Shown here piece by piece: positions 11,950-23,845 of a DNA stretch of 64,000 nucleotides (its first letter is position 1; every line of letters begins with the position of its first letter). Where the stretch lies: positions 19,964,001-20,028,000 of the forward strand of contig CM059441.1 in assembly GCA_030390025.1 (NCBI GenBank). The letters are read 5' to 3'. Source of the stretch: Squalus acanthias (taxonomy: Eukaryota). Under the pieces are notes generated by a model. It made no database searches. It was given only the letters and a program-made list of their open reading frames with translations, and was not told where the DNA came from. A program made the position numbers and the translations under genes.

Positions 11950-12884
11950 ATTGAAGCTTTGGGTTTGGATGGCCATTATTTGGTACGTCGATGGGTCTTA
12001 AACTTTGTAGATAGGCCAATTTTATACTAAAAATTTGAGTTTAATGTGTCTTGGGAAGTCTGCTGCAATATTTACTTCAACTACATGCTTCCACCTCCCA
12101 GAATGGAAGTATCATTTTGTTCAGAGCTGTGCGGTTCTATGTAACTGCAACCAGAGACATTTGATGGATCAAGCCAATGCCATTGCACTGCCGGGCTCCA
12201 AGCTGGCCTTGCATCATCGAGCTTCATGCCTCTGTTTTCCATAATGTTTTGTCATAGTTCATTTCTATGTGGTGGTTTAACAACTGGGGACGATTTTTTT
12301 TTAAATCACCTCCGATATGATTATGCTTCATTGTTGAATGTAGTTCAACATTCAGGTATAAACCTCCCTCCTCCCTACCTCGTGCTTCCATCTGACCTGG
12401 CACACACGGAGCTTCCTGTTTTGGTGTCTGCTGCAATGTGGTGACCTGCATCAGTAATTTAGTACCAATTTCCCCCGCTCCCTCAGTGTTTCCTTCATTT
12501 GACTGCTTATTCAATCATATGTGGATGTTTTGATTTCTAATGTTTTCCAAGTCTAGGAAGGCTCGGGTGCTGATTTATGACCTTTCAGTGCCCGGCGTGC
12601 TGCTTACTGTATCTAATGGAGTGTCTCACCTGTCTTTTTATGCTGTAAAAAAAAAAAAATGGATTTCCTATACCGTTTTTATGCAGTGTTCAAGTGTTGT
12701 AATCTCTTTTACAGTTGCACTTAAATATCTCATTCCTTTTGACTTTTTAATTGTACTCTTGTCTATTTGAATCTTGAATTGTTTTGAAATGGTCGTCTTT
12801 GTAGCATAAAAGATTATTTGTCGTAGTGCAATTTTGAAGTATGTTTTCATATAATTACTGATTTGTGTATCTTTTACTTTTAAG

Positions 12885-13111
12885 TCACCCCTGCAACTCC
12901 TAGTCCGGTAAAAGGCAAAGGAAAGGGGCGGGTTGCTGCCACGAAGGCATCACCACCTTCTAAGGGGCAACCACCTGAAAGCCCTGCTAAAGAGTCAAAG
13001 AAGGAGAAGAGTCCTCCACCAGAAACAAATGAGGAGGAAGAACCAGAAGATGAGGAGGAGGAAGAGGAGGAGGAGGAGGAAGAGGAAGAAGTTAATTCTG
13101 GGGATGACTGA
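12885..13111 (+). CDS. NUCKS1: NUCKS1 terminal coding exon
   Basis: Acceptor cttttacttttaag; spliced frame VTPATPSPVKGKGKGRVAATKASPPSKGQPPESPAKESKKEKSPPPETNEEEEPED(E)13VNSGDD-TGA; matches human VTPSPVKGKGK...SPPPEK...SGED; phase agrees with the upstream exon. This frame is not in the ORF track. Confidence 0.93.
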
Positions 13112-13940
13112 ACAATACAAGGGGATATTTTTTTATATAAGTAGAGTTAGAAAATGACTTCACTGACAGCTCGGTTCACAAGGTTTAGACACAGGACTTG
13201 TGTGTGTTTTTTTTAGAGACTGTCCCTTTTAGTGTCCTGCAGACGCTATTAACAGAATCGAATCATTTAAATTTGGCTTGGTATTTTATGGGAGTTGCTT
13301 TGATCTTTTCAAAATTAGGAACCGCAAACCTAGCACGAATTGCTAGTATTTTTGTTATTTTTTTTGTAATGGCAATTTCAAGTGAAGCTGTGAAAAATCT
13401 GACAAAAACACTACAAAAGTAGTTTAGCAGCAAAAAAATATGCTCACAGTATGTTCAGATGAAGGCAAACCCTTCGGCCTATTTGATCTCATCCTTTCAG
13501 GAAACTAACTCTACCATCTTTCCATTACAGCATCAAATTGTTGCGTGCAAAAAGGGCAAACCCAGATGCAAGCTTGTAATGTACAAGTACAGTTTATATA
13601 ACAAACGATTCATCTTTTGCATACTCGCAAAAAAAAAAGCTGCACATTTTCTTGGTCTCCAGTGTTGAATGAATCCTTCCTGTGGATTCCTTTGTCTGAA
13701 ATGTTTGACCGCAAAGTGTTTTTTTTAAACAAACGACAAGATCAAAGACTCCTGTAAATATAACATCAGCTTAACTATCTCGGCCTTGTAAAATTTAGGT
13801 GCTGTACATACACGTAGCCAAATGACCTAGAAGTTTAGATGTAGCTTCATTTTAAAAATAGGTGTAGATTTTGCTTATGACCATTTTGAATCGTAACCTT
13901 AACAGAGTAAATAAAAGTGTTTCTGGTGTCTTTTAAGGAA
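13112..13940 (+). other. NUCKS1: NUCKS1 proximal 3' UTR
   Basis: Follows the stop codon; AT-rich and TE-free; ends at a candidate poly(A) signal. Confidence 0.7.
13910..13915 (+). promoter_or_regulatory. Candidate polyadenylation signal AATAAA
   Basis: AATAAA followed by GU/U-rich gtgtttctggtgtctttt, with upstream TGTA elements. Confidence 0.5.
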
Positions 13941-14064
13941 AAGCATCTGCCATTTACAACAATGCTAACTGATTACTATGTCTCCCAGTATATTATCTAA
14001 GCAGTTTCTAAAATTTGTCTCAATAGGATTGTAATCTTTCACATGTGAATCATGAGTCGGTTAA

Positions 14065-16143
14065 ACATAGAAAACATAGAAGATAGGAGCAGGAGTAGGC
14101 CATTTGGCCCCTCGAGCCTGCTCCGCCATTCAGTGTGATCATCCAAATTCAGTACCCTGTCCCTGCTTTCTCCCCATATCCCTTGATCCCTTTAGCCTTA
14201 AATATATCTAACTCTTTCTTGAATATATTTAATGAATTGGCCTCAACTGCCTTCTGTGGTAGAGAATTCCACAGGTTCACCACTCTCTCTGGGTGAAGAA
14301 ATTCCTCCTCATCTCAGTCCTAAATGGCTTACCCCTTATCCTTAGACTGTGACCCCTGGTTCTGGACTCCCCCGCCATCGGGAACAGCCTTCCCGCATCT
14401 AGTCTGTCTAGTCCTGTTAGAATTTTATAAGTTTCAATGAGATCCCCTCTCATTCTTCTAAACTCTAGCGAATATAAGCCTAATCGACCCAATCTCTCTT
14501 CATACGTCATTCCTGCCATCCCAGGTATCAGTCTGGTGAATCTTCGCTGCACTCCCTCCATGGCAAGAACATCCTTCCTCAGATAAGGCGACCAAAGCTG
14601 CACACAATACTCAAGCTGTGGTCTCACCAAGGCCCTGTACAACTGCAGCAAGACATCCTTGCTCCTGTACTCGAATCCTCTCGCTATGAAGGCCAACATA
14701 CCATTTGCCTTCTTAACCGCCTGCTGCACCTGCATGCTTACCTTCAGCGACTGGTGCACAAGGACACCCAGGTCTCGTTGCACTTCCCCTTTTCCCAATC
14801 TGTTGCTGTTCAGATAATCTGCCTTCCTGTTTTTGTCACCAAAGTGGATAACCTCGCATTTATCCACATTATACTGCATCTGCCCAATCACCCAACCTGT
14901 CCAAATCATACTGGAGTTTCTCTGCATCCTCCTCACAGCACACACACCCACCCAGCTTTTGTGTCGTCTGCAAACTTGGAGATATTACATCTAATTCCCT
15001 CGTCTAGATTATTAATATATATTGTGAATAACTGGGGTCCTAGCACCGATCCCTGCGGTACCCCACTAGTCACTGCCTGCCACTCGGAAAAAGACCCGTT
15101 TATTCCAACTCTTTGCTTCCTGTCTGCCAACCAGTTTTCTATCCAAGTCAGTACCTTACCCCCAATCCCATGTGCTTTAACTTTGCACGCTAATCTCTTA
15201 TGCGGGACCTTATCGAATGCCTTCTGAAAGTCCAAATACACCACATCCATTGGTTCTCCCTTATCTATTCTACCAGTTACATCCTCAAAAAATTCCAGTA
15301 GATTAGTCAAGCATGATTTACCTTTTGTAAATCCATGTTGACTTTGTCCGATCCTGTCACTGTTTTCCAAGTGCTCTGCTATTACATCTTTTATAATGGA
15401 CTCTAGCATTTTCCCCACCCATGTCAGGCTTACCGGTCTATATTTCCCTGTTTTTTCTCTACCACCTTTTTTAAATAGTGGGGTTACATTAGCTACCCTC
15501 CAATCCATGGGAACTGTTCCAGAGTCTATAGAATTTTGGAAGATGACCAGCAATACATCTACTATTTCTAGGGCCACTTCCTTAAGTACCCTAGGATGTA
15601 GATTATCAGGCCCTGGGGATTTATCAGCCTTCAATTCTGTCAATTTCCCTAACACCATTTCCCTACAAATAGTGATTTCATTCAATTCCTCCCTCTCATT
15701 AGACCTTATGTTCCCCGACATCTCTGGGAGTTTATTTGTGTCCTCCTTTGTGAAGACAGAACCAAAGTATGTATTTAATTGGTCTGCCATTTCTTCCCCA
15801 TTATAAATTCCCCTGATTCTGACTGCAAGGGACCTATGCTTGACTTCACCAATCTTTTTCTCTTCACATATCTATAGAAGCTTTTACAGTCAGTTTTTAT
15901 GTTCCCTGCAAGCTTACTCTCATATTCTATTTTCCCCCTCTTAATTAATCCCTTTGTCCTCCTTTGCTGAATCCTAAACTGCTCCCAATCCTCAGGTTTG
16001 CTGCTTTTTCTGGCCAATTTATATGTCCTCTCCTTGGATCTTATGCTATCCCTAATTTCCCTTGTTAGCCACGGTTGAGTCACCTTTTTTGTTTTTTATG
16101 CCAAACAGGGATGAACAAATTCTGTAGTTCATCCATGCGATCT
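14065..16143 (-). mobile_element. 5'-truncated CR1/HER1 LINE with largely intact RT region
   Basis: ORFs 15775-16083, 14933-15790 ([30 protein letters not shown]) and 14277-14951; tail (ctatgttt)n at about 14065. Confidence 0.95.
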
Positions 16144-17714
16144 TAGTAGTAGGTAAAACTGACGTCTTAAAACAATTCCATCCATTTTAATTGAAAATGT
16201 GAACCCCTGTTGCATCCTTCCAGCATAACTAAATATCAAGTGATCACAAATGAATAGTCCCCAGTCCATTATTTCAGTCCAAATTTAAGATTTATTTGGT
16301 CCACTCTTTCAACTATTTTAGTGTTATATGTTGAGTTTTTAAAAAAACTGATTAAATGTTGTATTTTTAAGATATCTTAAACATTTTGGGTCAGCCTAGA
16401 TTTTTTTTTTAAAGAAACGCCCTGGGATTTCAACGGGCACGATCTTTTGTATTGCAAATCTAACCCGTTCACACATGGGAAATGTTGCATTGCAAGTGAT
16501 GATTGTATCTAAAATAGTACGGTCAAGCTGTTCCTAGTAAATGAGTGGTGATGTGGGATGCTGTAATCCTGAAAAGCTATCACAAACTTGTCATTGGTAG
16601 TTCTACCTTCAATACTTTAGAGGTACGATATTGAAAAACAAAGAAAGCCAGAAGGAGAAAAAAGCTGCACACCACCAAAAATCACCGAGTCATCAGGTCT
16701 GATCTTGTGAACTGAATTGTATTTTTTTTTTGCAGATTGAAATGTTTAAAAATGAATGTGATCGAATCCTGAAAAACTGCGCAATTGTTTCTGTATCAGC
16801 ATTTTGTCAAAGCAGCCATATCTTTGTAAGTTACAAAAAAAAAAGAACTTGTACAGCCAATTCTTACGATGTTAACATCCGATTCACGTGGGCTTTCAAT
16901 TTCTTTTGTTTTTATTTTCGCTACAGAACATTAAATGTCTGCTGGTGTAAGATGGTTTCTTCGAGCAATTATTTTGGAGGCTGTTAAAGGGGTGGGAGGG
17001 AGGAGCACTTTTGAAACACAACGATGTGTTCAGAGCAGTACACTTAAATGTAACTGTTGCTTGCAACAGCTTATAAAAAATCTTTGCGCATGCTATTACA
17101 TAGGATGTCTGAGATCACGAATTTTTAGACCTATATCATCCCTGGAATGCTGTTTGCAGCTGTCGGGTGCTTTCTGATACATGGTACATGTTGAGAAATA
17201 TCAATTTCCTCCCCCCCCCCCCCCCCCGCTCCCATTTCCAATTCAGAGATCATAATTTTTTTCAGCAAGGGGTATGTTCCTGTGGAGTACTTTGTGGAAG
17301 ATTAAAATACATATATTTGGTGGTGGGGTGGTGTAATTAGCTTTGACTGTGTAACCTATCCCCATTTTTAAAAAAAAAAGTCATTCTAACCCAGTGGTCA
17401 GTCAATATTTCAGTGCCTCAACTTGTTTCATAATTTTTTAACTATTGTAGTTCAGATGAATACAGTATTGTATCATCTAAATAGACTGAGCCCATCTGTA
17501 CTCTTAGATATACGATGAAACATTGTTGTTTGCAGGAGATTGTGAGCAACTAAACAGTTGCATCTTGCCAAGAAGTAGTGTTGGGAGAAATGTATCATTG
17601 CCCAATATATTGAGGAATGTACTTTTGAACTGAAACATTCTCATGGCGTATTGTAAGATTGTCTTTTTTTAAGAAAAAGTAAAAACAATGATATGGTGAC
17701 TTGGAGTCTGTAAA

Positions 17715-17880
17715 TATAACAACTTGTATTTCTATAATGCCTTTAATGTAGTAAAACGTCCCAAGGCGATTCACAGGAGTGTTATAAGACAAAAAAAACT
17801 TTGACACTGAGCCACATAAGGAGAAATTAGGGCAGATGACCAAAAGCTCGGTCAAAGAGGTAGGTTTTAAGGAGCTGCAA
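17715..17880 (-). mobile_element. L2 LINE 3' end
   Basis: Reverse complement of the tail at 22318-22666. Confidence 0.7.
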
Positions 17881-18884
17881 AGGCTGCAGGGTGAAGTCTA
17901 GAAGGACGAGGAGGGATAGTTTACCTTTGTCACAGTCACAAAGGATGTAATTTGTGACTTTGATGAGCCGTTTTGGTACTGCCGGGGCAGAAACCTGATT
18001 GGATTGGATATAATTTAATCCCTTTAAGTGACCTAGATGAAGCTAATGTGAAGGGCATGCTTGACATTCCTATAATGTAAATGAAACCATGCAGTTGCTG
18101 TAGTGTCCTCCAAGGAGAAGAAGTTATTTAACTTCTGTAAAAGTGAACTTAGATTGGTTCCACTAGCACTACTTGAGGGGATTTCCCTCTTTCTCCCTTG
18201 ATGATGTTTATTGTGTTAAGGTTTAAATTATATTAACCGTTTACTTGCAAATAACGATGGACCAGAACTGTACTGATGTAAAGAACAAAACTGGTGTAAT
18301 CTCTTGGGACTTTGAGACATATGTTGGAGAATTTGCATTCATATCAGCAAGAGAAAAAAAAGGGGAAATGGCAGGTGCCTATGTTTGAATTCAGCTGCAT
18401 TTCATTCTAATTTCCTGCCTGTGGAAATTGCCAAAAACTGGGTTAAATTTGGATCTCCCACATGTTAGCCAGCCACTCCTGTTTAGTCTTGTCTATATGC
18501 CCCCCCCGCCACTTTTCCACTCTTTTCACTGCATATTGTTCTAATAGATTATTTAAGATTCAGTTTATTAATGATTCAGTTTTGCTATGAACTAAATATC
18601 AAAATTGGAATAAGTTAGATGTGTTTGTTGAAACGACAGGTGTTTGGGTGATTCGCAACTCTACATTTCTGGAGCAATGGGGACAAAATAAACCCGAGTT
18701 AAAGTTTATGGTATGGTTCACTGTGTGATGCAATAGTTGTTTCTAAGCATGTTGAAGAGAATTGGCTGTACATTTAGAAAGAAAATATGGACAGATAAGA
18801 CAATTTCAAACTACTGTAATCTTAGTGTTATTGACTTAACCCTTTGAATAGGAATTGCTAGAGATCCATCTAGTTTGCTTTCTA

Positions 18885-19285
18885 CCATCCTGGTAGTCGC
18901 ATGATACGATAATGGGGTTGTTGACTAATCATAGCAATTAATGTCTGCAACAGACCCAGACATGACTGGAGGGAAAACCCGAGTGGCGGAGGACTAGAGA
19001 ACCATAGGTCCAAAGTCACCTGTTCCTCCCAAGCATGCTGCACTTGCCATATGTCATGTCTCAAATTACTCATGTACTGTACCTAAAATTATTTTCTGAA
19101 AGCAATCTATCTAATATGAATTTGAATGAATCAATACTGTCTGCTTCTACCATCTCCCTAGGGAGCCTGTTCCATAGATTGGCCACTCGCTCACTTAAAT
19201 ATTGTTTCCGCAGGTTAGTTTTGAATTTACCCCCCTTCAAACGCAAGCTGTATCCTCTGGTCCTATTGCTCGGGGCTGTCTGCAG
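18885..19285 (-). mobile_element. CR1-type 3' fragment with long 3' UTR
   Basis: Minus strand encodes RTRGYSLRLKGGKFKTNLRKQYLSERVANLWNRLPREMVEADSIDSFK; left boundary approximate. Confidence 0.7.
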
Positions 19286-19309
19286 TAATTTCCCTCATTT
19301 GTGTGCGTT

Positions 19310-19480
19310 ACATAGATAGACATAGAACAGTATAGCACAGTACAGGCCCTTCGGCCCTCGATGTTGTGCCGAGCATTGTCCGAGATCAAGCTATCACACT
19401 CCCTATCACTCTGGTGTGCTCCATGTGCTTATCCAATAACCGCTTGAAAGTTCCTAAAGTGTCCGACTCCACTATCACAG
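19310..19480 (-). mobile_element. CR1 3' tail
   Basis: catagatagacatagaacagtatagcacagtacaggcccttcggccc, a typical CR1/HER1 end. Confidence 0.75.
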
Positions 19481-22317
19481 CATAATTTTTATCTCGTGTT
19501 TTATATGTAAAAAGGATAAAGTAACATTTTTTCACCTGGTGCGGTGCCCCTTTTTATGTAGGTTTCTATCTTTTAATTTAAACAGCATCCAGAAAAAGTA
19601 AAAAAATTAATTTTTTTAATTGTTCCCCCCTATGGAAACTAATTTGAGATCCACTGCCACAAACTGCTTATTCTGATCGGAAGGCAAGTATTTCATTGGG
19701 AGGAAGACTGCTTTTTTGCTGGTTTCTTAAATTTGTGGCTTTTTATTATCTATACCCTAGAATGGCATTGGCTGGTAAAGGTGTTCAAGTCCATAACCAG
19801 GATTGTTTTCCCTTGGTGCCATTTGCAGAAAGATGCTGGTAAAGGCTTTTCGATCTTCCTTTTGGTTTTTAGGGGAAATTAATTTTGGGCCAAATATTTA
19901 CTTGATGTTGATTTCTGAGACCCTTGTGAGCGAGTTTTGTATCCATCTGCAGCCCACATTGATTCGCCGAATCATTTGCAATGACTTTTTTAGTGCCGCA
20001 CGCAGACTATGTAGGATAATTCATAGGCGTGAATGTATTGGTAATATACTGAGAGATTCAGATAACCATAAACTGAGAACTTGTGATGGGGTTGTTGGTA
20101 TCATCAGGTTTTGTATCTTTACATTATACTCCCAACAAGTATTTTGTTGCATACATAAAATATAGGATGGTTTCATTCAATTTTCGCAAGTTTCTTTTGT
20201 GGAATTCACGAAAAATGGATAGTAGGTTTTAGTTTTTGCAAGGTTGCAACTGAAATGCTGTTGTACAATAATACAAATAATACTGGGCCTAATTTCACTG
20301 AATATTACAGGACGGTAAAGTACCCGGTGTATTTTAGAATTGAAACACTTGCTTTATAGGAATGGCTAAGACATGTTCTTTTTGTGAGGTGAGCCAGTGC
20401 TGCAATCAATCCATTATCGGCTGGGTGGCTTGTAAGACTTTCTTTCTAACAAAGTAAATACTGTGATCCCTTGTAATGAGGGCTGATTGTGTTTTTCCGA
20501 AATAAATGGATTAATTTATAGGTAACTTTTATATTTAAAAAAAAATAGATTGAGAACTTGTGCATAGTCTTGAGCAACTTGATGGCACAGATGATTCTAT
20601 CCACCGTGTGAAAATCTGCTCGAGGGTTTCAGACTTTTGAGATCTGGAGTAGATCCAAAACATGTTGCAACTAACGGAGCTCGACATGTACGTTACTGGT
20701 GTTTCCTGATTTGGGAACATTCGGATAAAGAGAATCCTGTGGCCTTGCCATCTTGGATGCTATGGAACTTGCAGCTTTAAGAAAACTAATTTCCACAGAA
20801 CTGTGTGGCAGCCGTGCACTGTGTAGTTTTTGTGTTGGACCAGTTACTTACAATCAGCTGTTACTATGCATGTATCCAGAGGAGCAAAACCTGCTTAAAG
20901 TGGGATTTGACCTGCCAAGTAGGTAAAGGCAATAATATTGTATGTAACACTTGAAAGAAAATGGATCAGGGCAAAATGTAAATCTGTTAAATTGTAGGCT
21001 TCACTAAAAGTGATGCTGCACATTTGAGGAGCAAATGCCTGACTGAAATGTAGCTGATGCCAGTTAATTGGCACATGGTTAATGAAAGCATTTGGTTATT
21101 GGAGAGGTGAATACATCAGGTAGCTTTGAATGTGTTTAATTTAATACCCCTACAGTTTCGTGCAATAGAGGATTGTGCCAATGGCGATGGTTTAGATTTT
21201 TAGCTCAACATCACCATTAACAGGCTTTTAACTACACAAGGAGGTCCTATTTTCATGAGCCGAGGGCTGGGCCAAATAACCTTTTAACTTCCTTAACAAT
21301 TGTTGTGTTATGCGCCTGTGTGCAAAGCCATTACTTTTACGTAATCTGAAAAGGCGAGTGATTTATTGAAGTCGCTATATGTTTGAATGGGTCGTGTACC
21401 CAGGAATGGTTTTGTACATTCACAGAGGAAGGATTCGGCCGATAACGTAGCTGCCATCCACTTGCTAACAGTGTTGGGTAATGTTCATGTGCACATTTGA
21501 ATACGGTTTTAGTGAGGAAAGTATTGCGAACTGCTTTCCTGCCTTAATTAACATGAATTCCTAAGCATCCTGTTTCTTTGCATTGGTTTGTCATGGAAGT
21601 CAATGATGGGGCGGGGAGGAGGAATATCACCATATAGAAATATGGACATTTCACTATCCATGAATATAGTCACCTGTTCTGAAGTATTCCAGAAGCATGG
21701 CAGCGTTTTATATTTTACAGTCATTTAGGAACAAGACACTGTCTCCTTTTTAGGGCTTACACGACCAGGTGCTCTTAATTGTACTAAAACTGATTTTGTT
21801 TTCGCTCAAAGGGTTAAGTTGGAACACGTTTGCGTTTTAGTGCTAATTACTGTACATGTCGCCTCGTCACTTTATAAATCTAAATGTACTCAGCATTTTG
21901 GACTTGTGTCTTTGAAGATGAGATCATTATGATGAATGGGGTTCATTTTGTGTATACATCCCATTTACATTGTGTTAAAGATCTGCTTTATAAAAGGGGT
22001 TTTCTCCCTACCCTACGTGTTTTTAATTCTATTTTTGTTAAAGTATGTGTTCGTAAATGGCATTGTTTATGCTTGGTGCTGGGAAATGAGGTTTGTCACG
22101 AGGTGAGTTGGGTAACTGTCACTTAAAAGCTATTCATTGAATTTTAACAAAAGAAGATCCTTAAATTGCTGTGAACTAGGAACTGGTCATTAGGAACAAG
22201 TGGAGCTGGAAGTAGTTACACTAAAAAACAACTAAGAAATAGACTATAGGTCATGGGGGAAAAAGAAGAAACATTGGTTACTTATAAGTGGGCCATGGTG
22301 CCTAATGCATTTGACTT

Positions 22318-22666
22318 GTTTTCAAATCCCTCCATGGCCTCGCCCCTCCCGATCTCTGTAACCTCCAACAGCCCTACAACCCTCGAGATATCTGAGCTCC
22401 AATTCTGGCCTCTTGCACATCCCCAATTTTAATCTCTCCACCATTGGTGGCTGTGCCTTCAGCTGCCTGGGCCCTAAGCTCTGAAATTGCCTCCCTAAAC
22501 CTCTCCGCCTCTTTCCTCCTTTTAAGACGCTCTTTGACCAAGCTTTTGGTCATCTGCCCTAATATTTCCTATGTGGCTCAGTGTCAAATTTTGGTTGCTA
22601 ATGCTCCTGTGAAGCGCCTTGGGACGTTTTGCTACATTACAGGCACTATATAAATGCAAGTTGTTG
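22318..22666 (+). mobile_element. L2 LINE 3' end
   Basis: FKSLHGLAP motif, gccttcagc...cctaagctctg, tail gtgaagcgccttgggacg...ctatataaatgcaagttgttg. Confidence 0.8.
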
Positions 22667-23394
22667 CTTGACTTGCCAAAGCTGAAAAACTACTTGACAC
22701 AGGGTGTTTAATAAAGTGTCATTTACCAGCACTGCTGCAGGTGCTTTTACGGAAATAGAGATGGAAGTCAAGACACATTGAGAAATGGGAGTAAAGGAAC
22801 ATCATTAATTGAGGGTGGAGGAAAAACAACAAATTCAACATCCAAGAAGCTATCAGGAGAGATGCAGCGAAATAAACAGAGCAGTCAGAGAAAAGTGAAT
22901 GCAAGAAAGGATTATATATAATTAACTTTCAGTTGTAATTTTAGTCTCCGATGGGCTTTTTAAGTGGTGCGAGTATTCAAGTGGACTCTTGAGCTAACTC
23001 TACATCTTGAACCGTTGTGTTTCTACCTAATTTAATTCTAGTCCTTTTCCTATCCTCCGAACTATCAATCTGCTGCCCCATTGTGGTTTCTGCAGAAATA
23101 TTACAATGGAAACACTTCAGAGACTGGAAAGGAAATTTCAGCTTTTAAAACTTCACAGACTGGCGTGGAAGTAGACGTTTAATGTTGTGACTTCCTTGGC
23201 AACAGTAAAAATCTTGCACTTGGAAAAAGGTTGCACAGCTGCTTGGCATAGATACAGTTAGATTTAGAGAAATATTGTGAGTTGGCTGCTTCCACCATTT
23301 TGAGCGGTTGTAGTAAGTGCTCATCGGTGCTTCAGCCTTCCAAAGCTCTGGGCGCCAGATACTCGCGTAGCACCTTTTAAAAGAGTTAATCTAC

Positions 23395-23535
23395 ATAACG
23401 TTTCAGGTCGATGACCTTTCTTCAGAATGTCAACTCTGTCTCTCGCTCCACAGATGCTGCCTGACCTGCTGAGCATTTCCAGCATTTTCTCTCTTTATTT
23501 CAGATTGCCAGCTTCCGCAGTATTTTTGCTTTTGT
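23395..23535. mobile_element. Rearranged Penelope-like family A miniature (hammerhead core on -, tail on +)
   Basis: 23397-23427 reverse complement is CTGAAGA-A-AGGTC-atc-GACCT-GAAACGTT; followed on + by ctccacagatgctgcc...cgcagtatttttgcttttg. No TSD seen. Confidence 0.7.
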
Positions 23536-23714
23536 GATATTTCACTTATTTGATGGGCGTCAGTTCCACCCGTCTGGAATTCAAGGTGTTTGGGGGCGGG
23601 AGCAATCAAATTTGCTAAGTTTTGCACACCCGTGTTTAGGGCTAAAGTTAAACTAGCATCCACATGATCCATGTTTAAAGACATGAATCATTTCTTAAAT
23701 ATCCAACCTGTTAC

Positions 23715-23845
23715 TTGGTTTATGCACTTGAAGTGCCGTAACCTACAGGACTAGGGACCAAGAGTTGAAAATTGGGATTAGGCTGGATAGCTCATTTTTT
23801 GGCCGGCACCGACATGATGGACCGTAAATTTCAGTGATTCTATTA
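23715..23845 (+). mobile_element. CR1 3' tail
   Basis: Similar to 3105-3240 (gaagtgccgtaac...gggattaggctggatagctc). Confidence 0.75.

Noticed and set aside
12933-13157. 74-aa Arg-rich ORF
   Set aside because: Wrong frame of the NUCKS1 terminal exon.
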